NCBI GenBank assembly: GCA_964348015.1
Contig: CAYGBC010000050.1
Span: 35,643-99,642 of the forward strand
Source: an uncultured Eubacteriales bacterium
GTDB lineage: Bacteria; Acidobacteriota; Aminicenantia; Aminicenantales; Aminicenantaceae
Reading direction: 5' to 3'
Length of the DNA: 64,000 nucleotides
Shown: piece by piece, positions 55,601-63,249 of the stretch
How the letters are laid out: the number at the start of each line of letters is the position of its first letter
Numbering within the stretch: the stretch's first letter is position 1
Translations under genes and position numbers: made by a program
Notes under the pieces: generated by a model
The model's database searches: none
The model's input: the letters and a program-made list of their open reading frames with translations, nothing else
What the model was told of the DNA's origin: nothing

Positions 55601-57877
55601 CCAGTTTACGATTCCCTCGTCGTAGATTTTGAGATCAATCGATTCCTCAGGAGATCCGCCTTCTCCGACTAAATATAAATAAACATAGCCGATGAAATCA
55701 CCTCCCAATTCAGGATCAGGAACTTCAGTAACTTGAACAGTTGTCGTATGCGGACTGTCAGAATTTACGAAGACATGATGGGATATGGCCGAATATGCAG
55801 GAACATCTATGGTGAGCGTGTGGAGAGCGGTCCCACTCGGTAAGAACGATGCCTTACCAGGAGGTTCTGGCGGATTGAGAATATCCAAATTAAAAGTTTT
55901 TGGATAACCCGTCATATTCTCCACATTGACGATAAACGTTTTTTGACCTGCTCCGCTCGGCTTATAATTTGCCGGGCATCCAATCGAGATTCCACGCGTA
56001 ATTCTGGAAACATAGACATTCTGATCACGCATACCAGAATTGAATCCAGGTAAACAATTTTCATGATCCGGAGGGCCATACCATGTCCAAGGATTAAAAT
56101 CGTCATAGGGATCATCCGCAGGAGGATGCACATCACGGTTATCTGCCCAGCTGACATAAAAAACAAAAGGATCTCTGGATTCAGTTGATTCAGTGAGCAC
56201 TTCTCCTGTGTTAAAACGCCAACCGCCCTCGTCATTTATGAACATGGGCGCCGGAGCGATATCTATGTAGTCCCCGATAAAAGGCACTGTTCCACCCTGG
56301 AAAAGAGGATAATTGGGAGGATTATACTGGAGTTGCGTGGGTATGAGATAACCATCCGCGTCAGTCTTGAGAGTGCCATCCGGATTCCTTTCTAAACCCC
56401 ATAGATACCGGGAGACTTGAATGGATGGCTCGAATTGAGTGGCGCCCGGATCTGCTTGCGCAAGCCGGACATCAATTGTTTCGCGCCACTGGCAGGGATA
56501 ATCCCCTTGCGAGGGATCAGGGCATTGGCCTTCACCAAGATAGTAATCCGTAAGCCACTTTTCTGTATTACCTCCTTTTTCCAGGCGATAAGAAAAACGC
56601 GAATCATACCAAGCTATTAGGAGCTTCCCCGCCGCAAATGTCATGGAAGGCATGAACATGTGACCTTCTGCATAATAATCCTCAGATGTAAGGTTATAAT
56701 CATTATGAATCCTTGCTTGCAGAGGCCAACCGAAACCATATTGGGCAGAAGTGAAAAAAATCCGAGCGGGCCCATTTTCATATTCCCTCTGCGCCCAGGC
56801 TATGTAAACCCTGTGGTTATTGTCGACAGTCATTGTCGGAAAGGCATTGGAACGGAACTGGACAGTCCCTAATTCAAGATCATATGTCGGCTGATCGAAA
56901 GGAAAGCCGATGATCGCCGCCTCTTCGGCTTTAGTGAAGGTCTGTCCGTGATCTGTGGATTTCGCGATCATGATGGCATCGGCAACGTTGCCCTCGGCGA
57001 ATCGTCTCCATGCCACATACACATCCCCGTTGAGCGGGTCTACGGCGATCGTGGTTCCCTGGTTGATCTTTTGGCTTTCGCTCAGTTTGATGGGTTTCTC
57101 CCATGTGTCGCCTCCGTCGATAGACCTGACGAACATAATCTTGTTATGGACCGTTTTTTGGATGTCTCCGAGAAACGTGCTGTAAACAAGGAAAACGAGG
57201 CCATCTGAGTAGCCTGGACGCGGCACGTCAACTGCCAGCCAGGGCTTGTCCGCAAACTGACCGCTGGTCCCTTCATCAACGATCGTTGTATCGATATACC
57301 GTATCGCATCTCCACTTTCAGTATCGTTGTAATCTTTATACCGACAGACAAAGATCACGCTGTTCCCATTTCTGATCCGGTCGAATGCTATGCCGCTGTA
57401 AAAGAAAAGACCATCTATTCCTGCCCGTACAGTCGGATCAGATGCGGCATCAAATTCTTTGAGCGAATCACCCACCTCAATTTGCGGATCAGTAATGTAC
57501 CCAGGAAGAAGTTTGCTTTTCCAGGACTGACCTCCGTCATAGGATGTGAACACTCCCAGCCACGCGTCACCCGCAGCGGCTTCCTCTGGAATGCCCGGGA
57601 GGTTTCCCTGTGATTCCCATGTATCGACAGACCGATAGTCATTGGCACCCGCGAGAAGATGGAGCTCATTGAGTGAGGAGACTGCAATTGACGGTTCATT
57701 TTGCCGTTGAAGGTAGACATCCCCCTCTGGATCCGGCCAGGCCTTGCTGGAGGTCATGTTCACATTTCGACCAGCAATGAGATCTTCTGGACCTGGGTTG
57801 GATTTGAGTGGAATTCCTGTGGCTATTAGTATGATAGCGATGACACATGAAAAATAAAATATGTGGCGTTTAGTCAT
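52625..57877 (-). CDS. Giant (1750-aa) anchored surface protein: BNR/sialidase-like propeller, NPAVF pentapeptide array, G/F-rich linker, Ig-like (He_PIG-type) domains, SBBP-type beta-propeller repeats
   Basis: N-terminal hydrophobic anchor IFYFSCVIAIILIATG. Asp-boxes SYDGGQSW, SIDGGDTW, STDHGQTF. Ig-like modules (..GGTEPYSWSL..G.LP..GTP..GDF.FTV.VTD). C-terminal repeats of the type YVTG....DY.TVKYD..G...W. Confidence 0.75.
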   Translation of the reverse strand: MTKRHIFYFSCVIAIILIATGIPLKSNPGPEDLIAGRNVNMTSSKAWPDPEGDVYLQRQNEPSIAVSSLNELHLLAGANDYRSVDTWESQGNLPGIPEEAAAGDAWLGVFTSYDGGQSWKSKLLPGYITDPQIEVGDSLKEFDAASDPTVRAGIDGLFFYSGIAFDRIRNGNSVIFVCRYKDYNDTESGDAIRYIDTTIVDEGTSGQFADKPWLAVDVPRPGYSDGLVFLVYSTFLGDIQKTVHNKIMFVRSIDGGDTWEKPIKLSESQKINQGTTIAVDPLNGDVYVAWRRFAEGNVADAIMIAKSTDHGQTFTKAEEAAIIGFPFDQPTYDLELGTVQFRSNAFPTMTVDNNHRVYIAWAQREYENGPARIFFTSAQYGFGWPLQARIHNDYNLTSEDYYAEGHMFMPSMTFAAGKLLIAWYDSRFSYRLEKGGNTEKWLTDYYLGEGQCPDPSQGDYPCQWRETIDVRLAQADPGATQFEPSIQVSRYLWGLERNPDGTLKTDADGYLIPTQLQYNPPNYPLFQGGTVPFIGDYIDIAPAPMFINDEGGWRFNTGEVLTESTESRDPFVFYVSWADNRDVHPPADDPYDDFNPWTWYGPPDHENCLPGFNSGMRDQNVYVSRITRGISIGCPANYKPSGAGQKTFIVNVENMTGYPKTFNLDILNPPEPPGKASFLPSGTALHTLTIDVPAYSAISHHVFVNSDSPHTTTVQVTEVPDPELGGDFIGYVYLYLVGEGGSPEESIDLKIYDEGIVNWSSPEGIPAPETNLINPAVFNPAVFNPAVFNPAVFNPAVFNPAVFNPAVFNPAVFNPAVFNANILNPAVFNTNTKDGSEIVDKIWRVTNSGDTGSSYTLKTIAGDELPYGYYNQLLVYKVHKTPGTDGQCTLQQEEQHELLINIVNPDVSPDISSYEKIVDPELANEDFTNATFSLVPGEEAIVLLRVIDTKTSAPSPGGFVGFGNFGSFIGFGSFGGSSGTSNGTPSNSNPEDYADNVGAVVVSHSSTEGSLVAITLQILPDSLDDGKAGVAYTGETLRAIGGTEPYSWSLYDGSLPVEMYLSGNGEIYGTPKEAGDFSFTVKVTDNLGESDTQKFTLFIDDPEPIKIIMIPPDAPDGLKMQDYSNNVSFDASGGVPPYSWSLSETDKYGNPVSLGLTTLISGSNGEIMDIGGVPQLAGDFKVKVTVTDDFITWVHKAEKEFDLCIMPLELEISADPSSLPDGQLGSPYETATFSVSNAEAVPSWTVKGLPPGLALSPSEGIGYNVSITGTPIFDPDATYPQTYDITVEVTDNFSSECYQRSPETETFTITIHPKVHIWAVEGVDGEAVAATTDSSGNLYVTGFTYGDGTGKDYYTVKYDADGNKLWLEGQTYNGPGNGDDVPSAIAVDSSGVYVTGTSLGDPTGEGQDICTVKYDLADGHIIWENRYDGPSHLGDGGNDLALDSEGNPHGAGFVHRGNVKKHADYTTIKYSRLSGDIIWEEGYDSTRNGNDVATAIAVDSAGNVYVTGKSQESSKNDEETSHDYVTIKYDSSGNFQWLVRDDGPHFGDDEPTDMALYEDPLGAVYIYVTGYTSGDTNGTDYYTVKYDENGTVLWPGGRFYNGTGNGEDVAAAIAVDESTGDVYVTGKSSGTNGLDYATVKYSSDGIQSWVERHDGKFGNDEAVAIAFDGADVYVAGFITTEENELAADKDFFLIKYDTSGNIIWIAQYDGPSGKDDVARDMALSETGIFVVGYSEKDTIPTVFAVVKYDK
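55394..55558 (-). repeat. In-frame tandem 15-bp repeat encoding 11 pentads (9x NPAVF, NANIL, NPAVF)
   Basis: Plus-strand units [G/A]TTGAACAC[A/C]GC[G/A]GG are repeated head-to-tail from 55421 to 55555, with a degenerate and a further unit at 55394-55420. The only variable positions are codon third positions. Confidence 0.95.
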
Positions 57878-57903
57878 GATTTTCTCCCTTTACATCCATT
57901 ATT

Positions 57904-58074
57904 TCAGTTATTGATTTTTTCTCGAAGAGAAATGAATTTTATACCGGATGGATTCATTTTGAGCCAGAGAAAAAGCGTTCCCTGGTTCTGAGGAAACCGG
58001 ATAGAATTCGAAGGATTAGCCGCTTTGACTGGATATATATTCGCGGTTAATGTCTTGCCCCGGTATTCTGTCAT
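57904..58074 (-). CDS. Possible small protein (56 aa) just upstream of the giant surface-protein gene
   Basis: The ATG at 58074 is preceded by AAGGAG 4 nt upstream, and the stop lies 26 nt before the giant gene's start. It has no recognisable family (MTEYRGKTLTANIYPVKAANPSN..). Confidence 0.3.
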   Translation of the reverse strand: MTEYRGKTLTANIYPVKAANPSNSIRFPQNQGTLFLWLKMNPSGIKFISLREKINN

Positions 58075-58284
58075 ATAACTCCTTTTCCCCTCGGAATGAT
58101 ATTTTTGTACCAAACGGGAAGCATAAAGTCAAGAAAATAAGCTCATATTTTATATAACTTATATTGTATATAAGATGAAATGCGCGCAGATAAAGTTACT
58201 GTGCGGACAGCGAAAAAGTGATTGTTAGTGGAAAAGTATGACAGAATTGTATTCGAGAAAATGAGAAAAATAACAGGTTGTATA

Positions 58285-59667
58285 CTATTTTTTCTCTTCG
58301 GTGTCCTTTTCCACTGGCTCAGGTCTCCAGTCTTTGTTCTCTTTCGGGAATTCATCGAGAATGGCTGAATCCATTCGGAACAAATAATCGAACCGGGCGT
58401 TTTTTATGACAACCGTCCCGACCTCCTTATCCACAGCTCCGGTCAGGACTGTGATCTCCTCGGCGTCCTCGTCATCGCTTTTCACCCAGATCTTAATTAT
58501 CCCTTGAGGTTTATCCAGCCCGTAATCCTTCAGATTCAAAGGAGGATCGATGAATTCTTCAGCTTCCAGGCTTTCGATCTGCCGGATAAACGTCTGAACC
58601 TTATTGTTATCCGCATTCTCCTGGACAGGAGACTCAAAATGCCAGTTGTTCTCCTCGTCTTTGGAGAGTTCCCAGTCCAGCTCTCCCATCTTGAATTGAA
58701 GACGGTTGACGTCCCAGCTGTAGAAGTTGGCGACCTCTTTTTCCCTCAATTCCAATACTTCTTCCTCGAGATCAGAGAGGATCGTATCTTCGGTCTCGAT
58801 GATTTTAGACGAGAGGGATGTGGTGGCGTAAAGCTTCTCGTCTTTCTTATGGAGAGAAAAGGTCAGTTCCTGACTTTTGACAGGCAGGGACAGTGCGATT
58901 TCATAGTCAGGCTGGTCGAGTCCGAACTTTTTGAGATCTTCTATGGGTTTGTCTTCAGAGACAAATTCCTTCGCTTTTAAATTTGAGAGGGAATTCAGAA
59001 TGCCGCTGATCTTGCTTTCCACAGCGAGGGATTTCACTGGCTTTTCCAAAAACCATTCCTCTTCTTTCTTTTCAGCTTCCCACTGAATTGCCTTTGCCCG
59101 CAGAATCACGCGTTTCACTTCATCCGTTTCAAACCTGTAGATGTCCTTCTGACGGAATTTGAACAGGCTTTTGTCCATCGTGTCCTTGAGGTGGCTGGGG
59201 ATGAGCACGACGCGTGTTTCATCGTCTCTTTTGGCAAAGAAGGTGCTGTCCAGAAGATTCTCGCCCCCCACGAGGATTTTGACCGGTTGTTCCCTGTCTT
59301 TGAACCAGAGCGTAATTTCTTTTTGAGGGATTTCGTATTTCCCCAAATCGACGGGCTCTTCTTCCACCACTCTCTCTATCTGGAGATCCGAGAAATTGTC
59401 TGCTATGCGGTCCACTTCATATTTATCCGCTTCGGCTTCAAGAGGTTCGGTAATGACCCATCCTTCATCCCCGTTCTTCGTCTTTTGAAAAGTGATGATC
59501 TCGTCGTTTCTTTTGAGCCTGATCTTCTGGACATCGTCAGAAGAGAGGAAAACCAGTTTATCCTCATCACCTTCTTTTCCTCCTCCCTTAAACTCTTCGA
59601 AAAGAAGAACGAAGGCCAAGAGAACCGCAAAAGCGACGAAAAGGATGAAGGTTGTTTTAAACTTCAT
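58285..59667 (-). CDS. DUF4340-like exported protein (accessory to GldG-type ABC system)
   Basis: The N-terminal anchor is MKFKTTFILFVAFAVLLAFVLLF. It is a K/E-rich repetitive beta-type protein. The start overlaps the GldG-like stop as ATGA, and this position after GldG matches the usual DUF4340 context. Confidence 0.55.
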   Translation of the reverse strand: MKFKTTFILFVAFAVLLAFVLLFEEFKGGGKEGDEDKLVFLSSDDVQKIRLKRNDEIITFQKTKNGDEGWVITEPLEAEADKYEVDRIADNFSDLQIERVVEEEPVDLGKYEIPQKEITLWFKDREQPVKILVGGENLLDSTFFAKRDDETRVVLIPSHLKDTMDKSLFKFRQKDIYRFETDEVKRVILRAKAIQWEAEKKEEEWFLEKPVKSLAVESKISGILNSLSNLKAKEFVSEDKPIEDLKKFGLDQPDYEIALSLPVKSQELTFSLHKKDEKLYATTSLSSKIIETEDTILSDLEEEVLELREKEVANFYSWDVNRLQFKMGELDWELSKDEENNWHFESPVQENADNNKVQTFIRQIESLEAEEFIDPPLNLKDYGLDKPQGIIKIWVKSDDEDAEEITVLTGAVDKEVGTVVIKNARFDYLFRMDSAILDEFPKENKDWRPEPVEKDTEEKK

Positions 59668-61250
59668 AGTGACCGTCTCCTCACATAGACTGTGATTCCG
59701 GCGACCAGAACAACAAGCGGGAGAATGATAACGGACACGAAAAAGAGGATTCGCCCCTGCGTAGCGGTCATTTGGATCGTTTTCAGGAAGGCTGTCCTCG
59801 CCTGGATGGAGATCAAGTCGGCTTCTTCAGCGAGCCAGTTGATCGCGTTGAGGAACAGGTTCCCGTTACCCGAGAGATAGTAATATCTGTTGGCGGCAAA
59901 GTCTGAGTCTCCGAATACGGCCAGGCGTCCTTCCTCTTTCGGGCTTTCTTCTTCAGGCGGAGTCTTTTCCTTCATTTCCTCTTCAGGCTCTGTTGGGTCC
60001 TGCGCATCCTCTTCTCTGGGCTCTACGGTCACCACCGCCGCGAGGGATACAGGGCCGGCGACATCTGTATTTTCGTCAAACGTGACTTCCTGCTCTGTGA
60101 GCTGCCGTTCTGACCAGGCGTTCGAGCTTGTTTTGGCCAGTATGGTGGTTGTGACTCCTTCGGGCTTATCCTCTGTCTCATCCACTGAGCGCGCATACGG
60201 GAAGAACGTGGCGAAATTGAATTTGGCAGTGATCGGATGGGGTTCATAGCCGGTCACAACGGGCATGAAGTAGTCTCCCCCCATAAGGCGGGAGACAGTG
60301 TCCACGATCAAGTCATCCTCAAGCTGAATGCCGTATTCAGCAAGGAAAGCTTTCAATCCAGGAGCAGTTTCGGGGTCGACCATCCAGAAAACCCGTCCTC
60401 CTTCACTAATGAAATTCCGGATGGTTTCCAGTTCGTTGGGCAGGAGGTCTTTCTTCGCACCCGGGATGACGAGGACCGAACAGTCTTCCGGAAAATTATC
60501 CGCCAAAGCCAGAGTGAGCTTTTTCACTTCATAGGCGAGTTTTTCCAGCTCTTCTTTGACGATGGAGTAGCCGATTTGTTCGCTGCTCTCAATGCTTGTC
60601 TCTCCGTGCCCTTCGAGAAAATAGAGCACTTTTTTCTTTACTCTGGAGACTTTGACGATGGCATTGGTCAGGTCTTCCTCGCTTGTTGTCGTGATACGGC
60701 TTTCTTTATCCCCGCTAGCCAGTATGGTGGTTCCGTCAGTCGTAACATCATATCTTTTGACCAAACCGGGATTCTTGTCGGGATCGATGAACTCGTACTT
60801 GATCCTCTTGGAATGGTAGGCATAGTTTTGAAGAAGGTTTTCCATTTTGCCCTTGTTGAAATTCCCTTCCAGGAAGAAACACCGGATGTTCACCTGCTCT
60901 TTGAGGTTTTTAAGAACCTGTACGGATTGGTCCGACAGGCTGTGGAGTTTGGCTTCTGTGAAATCGAACCGGTGATGATGCCTGGCGAAGAAATAATTGA
61001 AGAGAATCAGGATGCCCAATACGAGGACCACGACCACCAACATGTTGCCCGAATAAATGAAGGACCGGCGTTTAAAGCCTTCTTTGAGAGAGGAGAGATT
61101 GATGACGATGTAGAATATCAAAGCCGCGATTCCGATGACTCCGAGAATGAGGGCAATCGTTTTCCTGTGCGGCCAGATTCTCCAGGAAACCAGAGCGAAA
61201 AATATCAGAGCTAAGGCGATATAGTTCAGGTTGTGTTTAATTTTTTCCAT
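59664..61250 (-). CDS. GldG-like ABC-transport auxiliary component
   Basis: N- and C-terminal TM segments flank a large exported domain with VLYFLEGHGE and FGDSDFA motifs typical of the GldG family. I chose the start at 61250 (GGAGGT RBS); the ORF-track GTG is at 61262. Confidence 0.75.
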   Translation of the reverse strand: MEKIKHNLNYIALALIFFALVSWRIWPHRKTIALILGVIGIAALIFYIVINLSSLKEGFKRRSFIYSGNMLVVVVLVLGILILFNYFFARHHHRFDFTEAKLHSLSDQSVQVLKNLKEQVNIRCFFLEGNFNKGKMENLLQNYAYHSKRIKYEFIDPDKNPGLVKRYDVTTDGTTILASGDKESRITTTSEEDLTNAIVKVSRVKKKVLYFLEGHGETSIESSEQIGYSIVKEELEKLAYEVKKLTLALADNFPEDCSVLVIPGAKKDLLPNELETIRNFISEGGRVFWMVDPETAPGLKAFLAEYGIQLEDDLIVDTVSRLMGGDYFMPVVTGYEPHPITAKFNFATFFPYARSVDETEDKPEGVTTTILAKTSSNAWSERQLTEQEVTFDENTDVAGPVSLAAVVTVEPREEDAQDPTEPEEEMKEKTPPEEESPKEEGRLAVFGDSDFAANRYYYLSGNGNLFLNAINWLAEEADLISIQARTAFLKTIQMTATQGRILFFVSVIILPLVVLVAGITVYVRRRSL

Positions 61251-61252
61251 TC

Positions 61253-62020
61253 TTACCTCCACCTTCGGGACTGAATCACTGAATGTGTGAGAAAAAGACC
61301 GAGAAATATAAAACTGAGATAGTAAACGAGGTCTGTGGTATCCAGGATTCCGCGTGTCAGGTCGTCAAAATGCTGGAAGAAGGAGAGGTAATTAAGGACA
61401 TCTTCCCACATTCCGCTCGCCGAGCCTGCCGCCCAGTTCAGTATCCAGAAAAGAAGAAGAACGCCGAAGGTCAGCATGGCGGCCACAACCTGGCTTTCTG
61501 TCACGGAAGAGAAAAATATTCCGATGGCCAGGAACGCAGCGCCCATCAGAAACAATCCCAGATATCCATTCAGGATGGGAGCGAGTTCAGGGTTTCCGTA
61601 AGCAAACGTGAAGATCGAGAGGATTCCGGTCAACAGCAGCATCACCAAAAGCACAAAAAGGGCGGCCAAATATTTTCCCAGAATGATCTGACTGACGGAA
61701 AGTGGGGAGGTGAACAGCAGCTCATCTGTCTGCCTTTTTTTCTCTTCAGCGAAAAGCCGCATGGTGAGGAGCGGGATCGCGAATAATAGGATAATGCTGA
61801 TGTTGTGAAAAAGAGGAGAGTAGACCATTTGATTGATGTTGAGCTGCTGGATCGCTTCCGGATATCTTGAAGCCTGCATGGAATAGGAATTGAACCACCA
61901 GATCAAGCTGTAGAAGAAGAATCCTGTCACCACCAGGAACACAAAGGTAACCACATAGGCGATCGGAGATGTGAAATAGGTATTAATTTCTCTTTTGCAT
62001 ATGGCCCATATATTTTTCAT
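61253..62020 (-). CDS. ABC-2-type transporter permease (GldF-like)
   Basis: 255 aa with 6 TM segments. The N-terminal IWAICKREINTYFTSPIAYVV is typical of ABC-2 permeases. The start overlaps the ATPase stop as ATGA. Confidence 0.8.
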   Translation of the reverse strand: MKNIWAICKREINTYFTSPIAYVVTFVFLVVTGFFFYSLIWWFNSYSMQASRYPEAIQQLNINQMVYSPLFHNISIILLFAIPLLTMRLFAEEKKRQTDELLFTSPLSVSQIILGKYLAALFVLLVMLLLTGILSIFTFAYGNPELAPILNGYLGLFLMGAAFLAIGIFFSSVTESQVVAAMLTFGVLLLFWILNWAAGSASGMWEDVLNYLSFFQHFDDLTRGILDTTDLVYYLSFIFLGLFLTHSVIQSRRWR

Positions 62021-62943
62021 TGCTCCACACCTCCCGAGATAACGCTGAGATACAGGTCTTCGATGTCCATCCCCAGAGGTTTCATTTCGAGTAATCCCAG
62101 ATCTTTTTCCACGACGAGCCTTGTGATGTCATCCCTTAAATCTTTCCCTTTGCTCCATTCCACAGTCATCTCATCTTCTTTCTGAGATATCTTTGCGACT
62201 CCAGGGATTTTCCCGAACAGGGAAGAGACCTCCTTTCCGTGCTTTTTAAGCTTCAGGACAACGCCTTCTTTTTCTTTGAAGGAGGTGGTAAGGTCTTCCA
62301 GTGATCCCGAGGCCATGAGGTTTCCTTCATTGATGATGACCGCCCCATCACATGTTTGAGTCATTTCTGCCAAAATATGGGTGGACAGGAGTATGGTTCG
62401 GTCTCCTTTGAGAGACCTGATCAGCTGTCTGATCTCGATGATCTGGGCCGGGTCCAGACCGATGGTTGGCTCATCCAGAATCAGTACCTGGGGATCATGG
62501 ATGAGAGCCTGAGCGATTCCCACCCGCTGTTTAAAACCTCGAGAGATGTTTTTGATGAGTCTTCCCCGAACCTGTTCCAGACCGCTGATCGCGATGGACT
62601 TTTCTACAGCTTCCTGCCTTTGAGACGAAGGGATTTGTTTGATCTCTCCGACAAAGTTCAGGAAGGAGTGCACAGTCATTTCTGGATACAGAGGAAGCAC
62701 TTCTGGGAGATAGCCGATAGTTTTTTTGAGTTCGTTGGGCTGTTCAAAGACATCGAATCCTGCCACCGAGGCCTTTCCGTCTGTGGCGGGGAGGTATCCC
62801 GTGAGGATTCTCATGGTCGTTGTCTTTCCAGCAGCGTTCGGACCGAGAAGCCCCCAGATTTCCCCTTTTTCCACCTTGAAGCTCAGGTCCTTGACGGCCA
62901 GCAATTCGCCATATTTTTTGGACAGGTTCTCAACTTCAATCAT
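62017..62943 (-). CDS. ABC transporter ATP-binding protein (GldA-like)
   Basis: Walker A GPNAAGKTTT, the signature-region LSRGFKQRVGIAQAL, and Walker B LILDEPT. Confidence 0.9.
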   Translation of the reverse strand: MIEVENLSKKYGELLAVKDLSFKVEKGEIWGLLGPNAAGKTTTMRILTGYLPATDGKASVAGFDVFEQPNELKKTIGYLPEVLPLYPEMTVHSFLNFVGEIKQIPSSQRQEAVEKSIAISGLEQVRGRLIKNISRGFKQRVGIAQALIHDPQVLILDEPTIGLDPAQIIEIRQLIRSLKGDRTILLSTHILAEMTQTCDGAVIINEGNLMASGSLEDLTTSFKEKEGVVLKLKKHGKEVSSLFGKIPGVAKISQKEDEMTVEWSKGKDLRDDITRLVVEKDLGLLEMKPLGMDIEDLYLSVISGGVEQ

Positions 62944-63033
62944 ATTTCATCATCCTCCTTTGTTTGAGAGGTTTGAGAATTGGAATTATAAAATCTATTT
63001 TAATACCTGTTAAATACTTGCCTTATCTCTCTT

Positions 63034-63214
63034 TTATGAGATTGCCACGTCATTTCATTCCTCGCAATGACACCTCTAATTTTTCCCATTTTTCTTATGA
63101 GATTGCCACGTCATTTCATTCCTCGCAATGACAATTGTGCAAGATTGTCAAGCTGCGCTCGCAATGACAAATAATTTTGGATAGTCGCCATTTTTCGCTT
63201 CATTCGCGATGACA
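63034..63214 (-). repeat. Array of four same-orientation REP-like units (GAGATTGCC-N-CTCGCAATGACA), progressively degenerate
   Basis: Units lie at 63034-63073 and 63095-63133 (near-identical, TTATGAGATTGCCACGTCATTTCATTCCTCGCAATGACA), at 63142-63169 (AGATTGTCAAGCTGCGCTCGCAATGACA) and at 63184-63214 (degenerate). They fill the gap between the argS stop and the ABC ATPase start. Confidence 0.7.
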
Positions 63215-63249
63215 TCATACCATTATCGTTTTATTTATTTTTAACTCCA

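Noticed and set aside
55386-55625. 79-aa ORF encoding LNTAG repeats on the + strand
   Set aside because: It is the antisense reading of the NPAVF 15-bp repeat inside the 1750-aa gene. The sense frame is continuous for 5.2 kb.
60237-61214. 325-aa ORF on the + strand
   Set aside because: It is antisense to the GldG-like gene, which has clear family motifs and operon context. It has no RBS and a low-complexity composition.
63034-63214. Possible CRISPR array (regularly spaced ~40-bp repeats); the 15-bp tandem repeat at 55394-55558 was also considered
   Set aside because: There are only four units, progressively degenerate, with spacers of just ~9-21 nt, and no cas genes. The units belong to a dispersed REP-like family also found at 2875 and 44044/44144. 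The 15-bp array has no spacers and is in-frame coding sequence.
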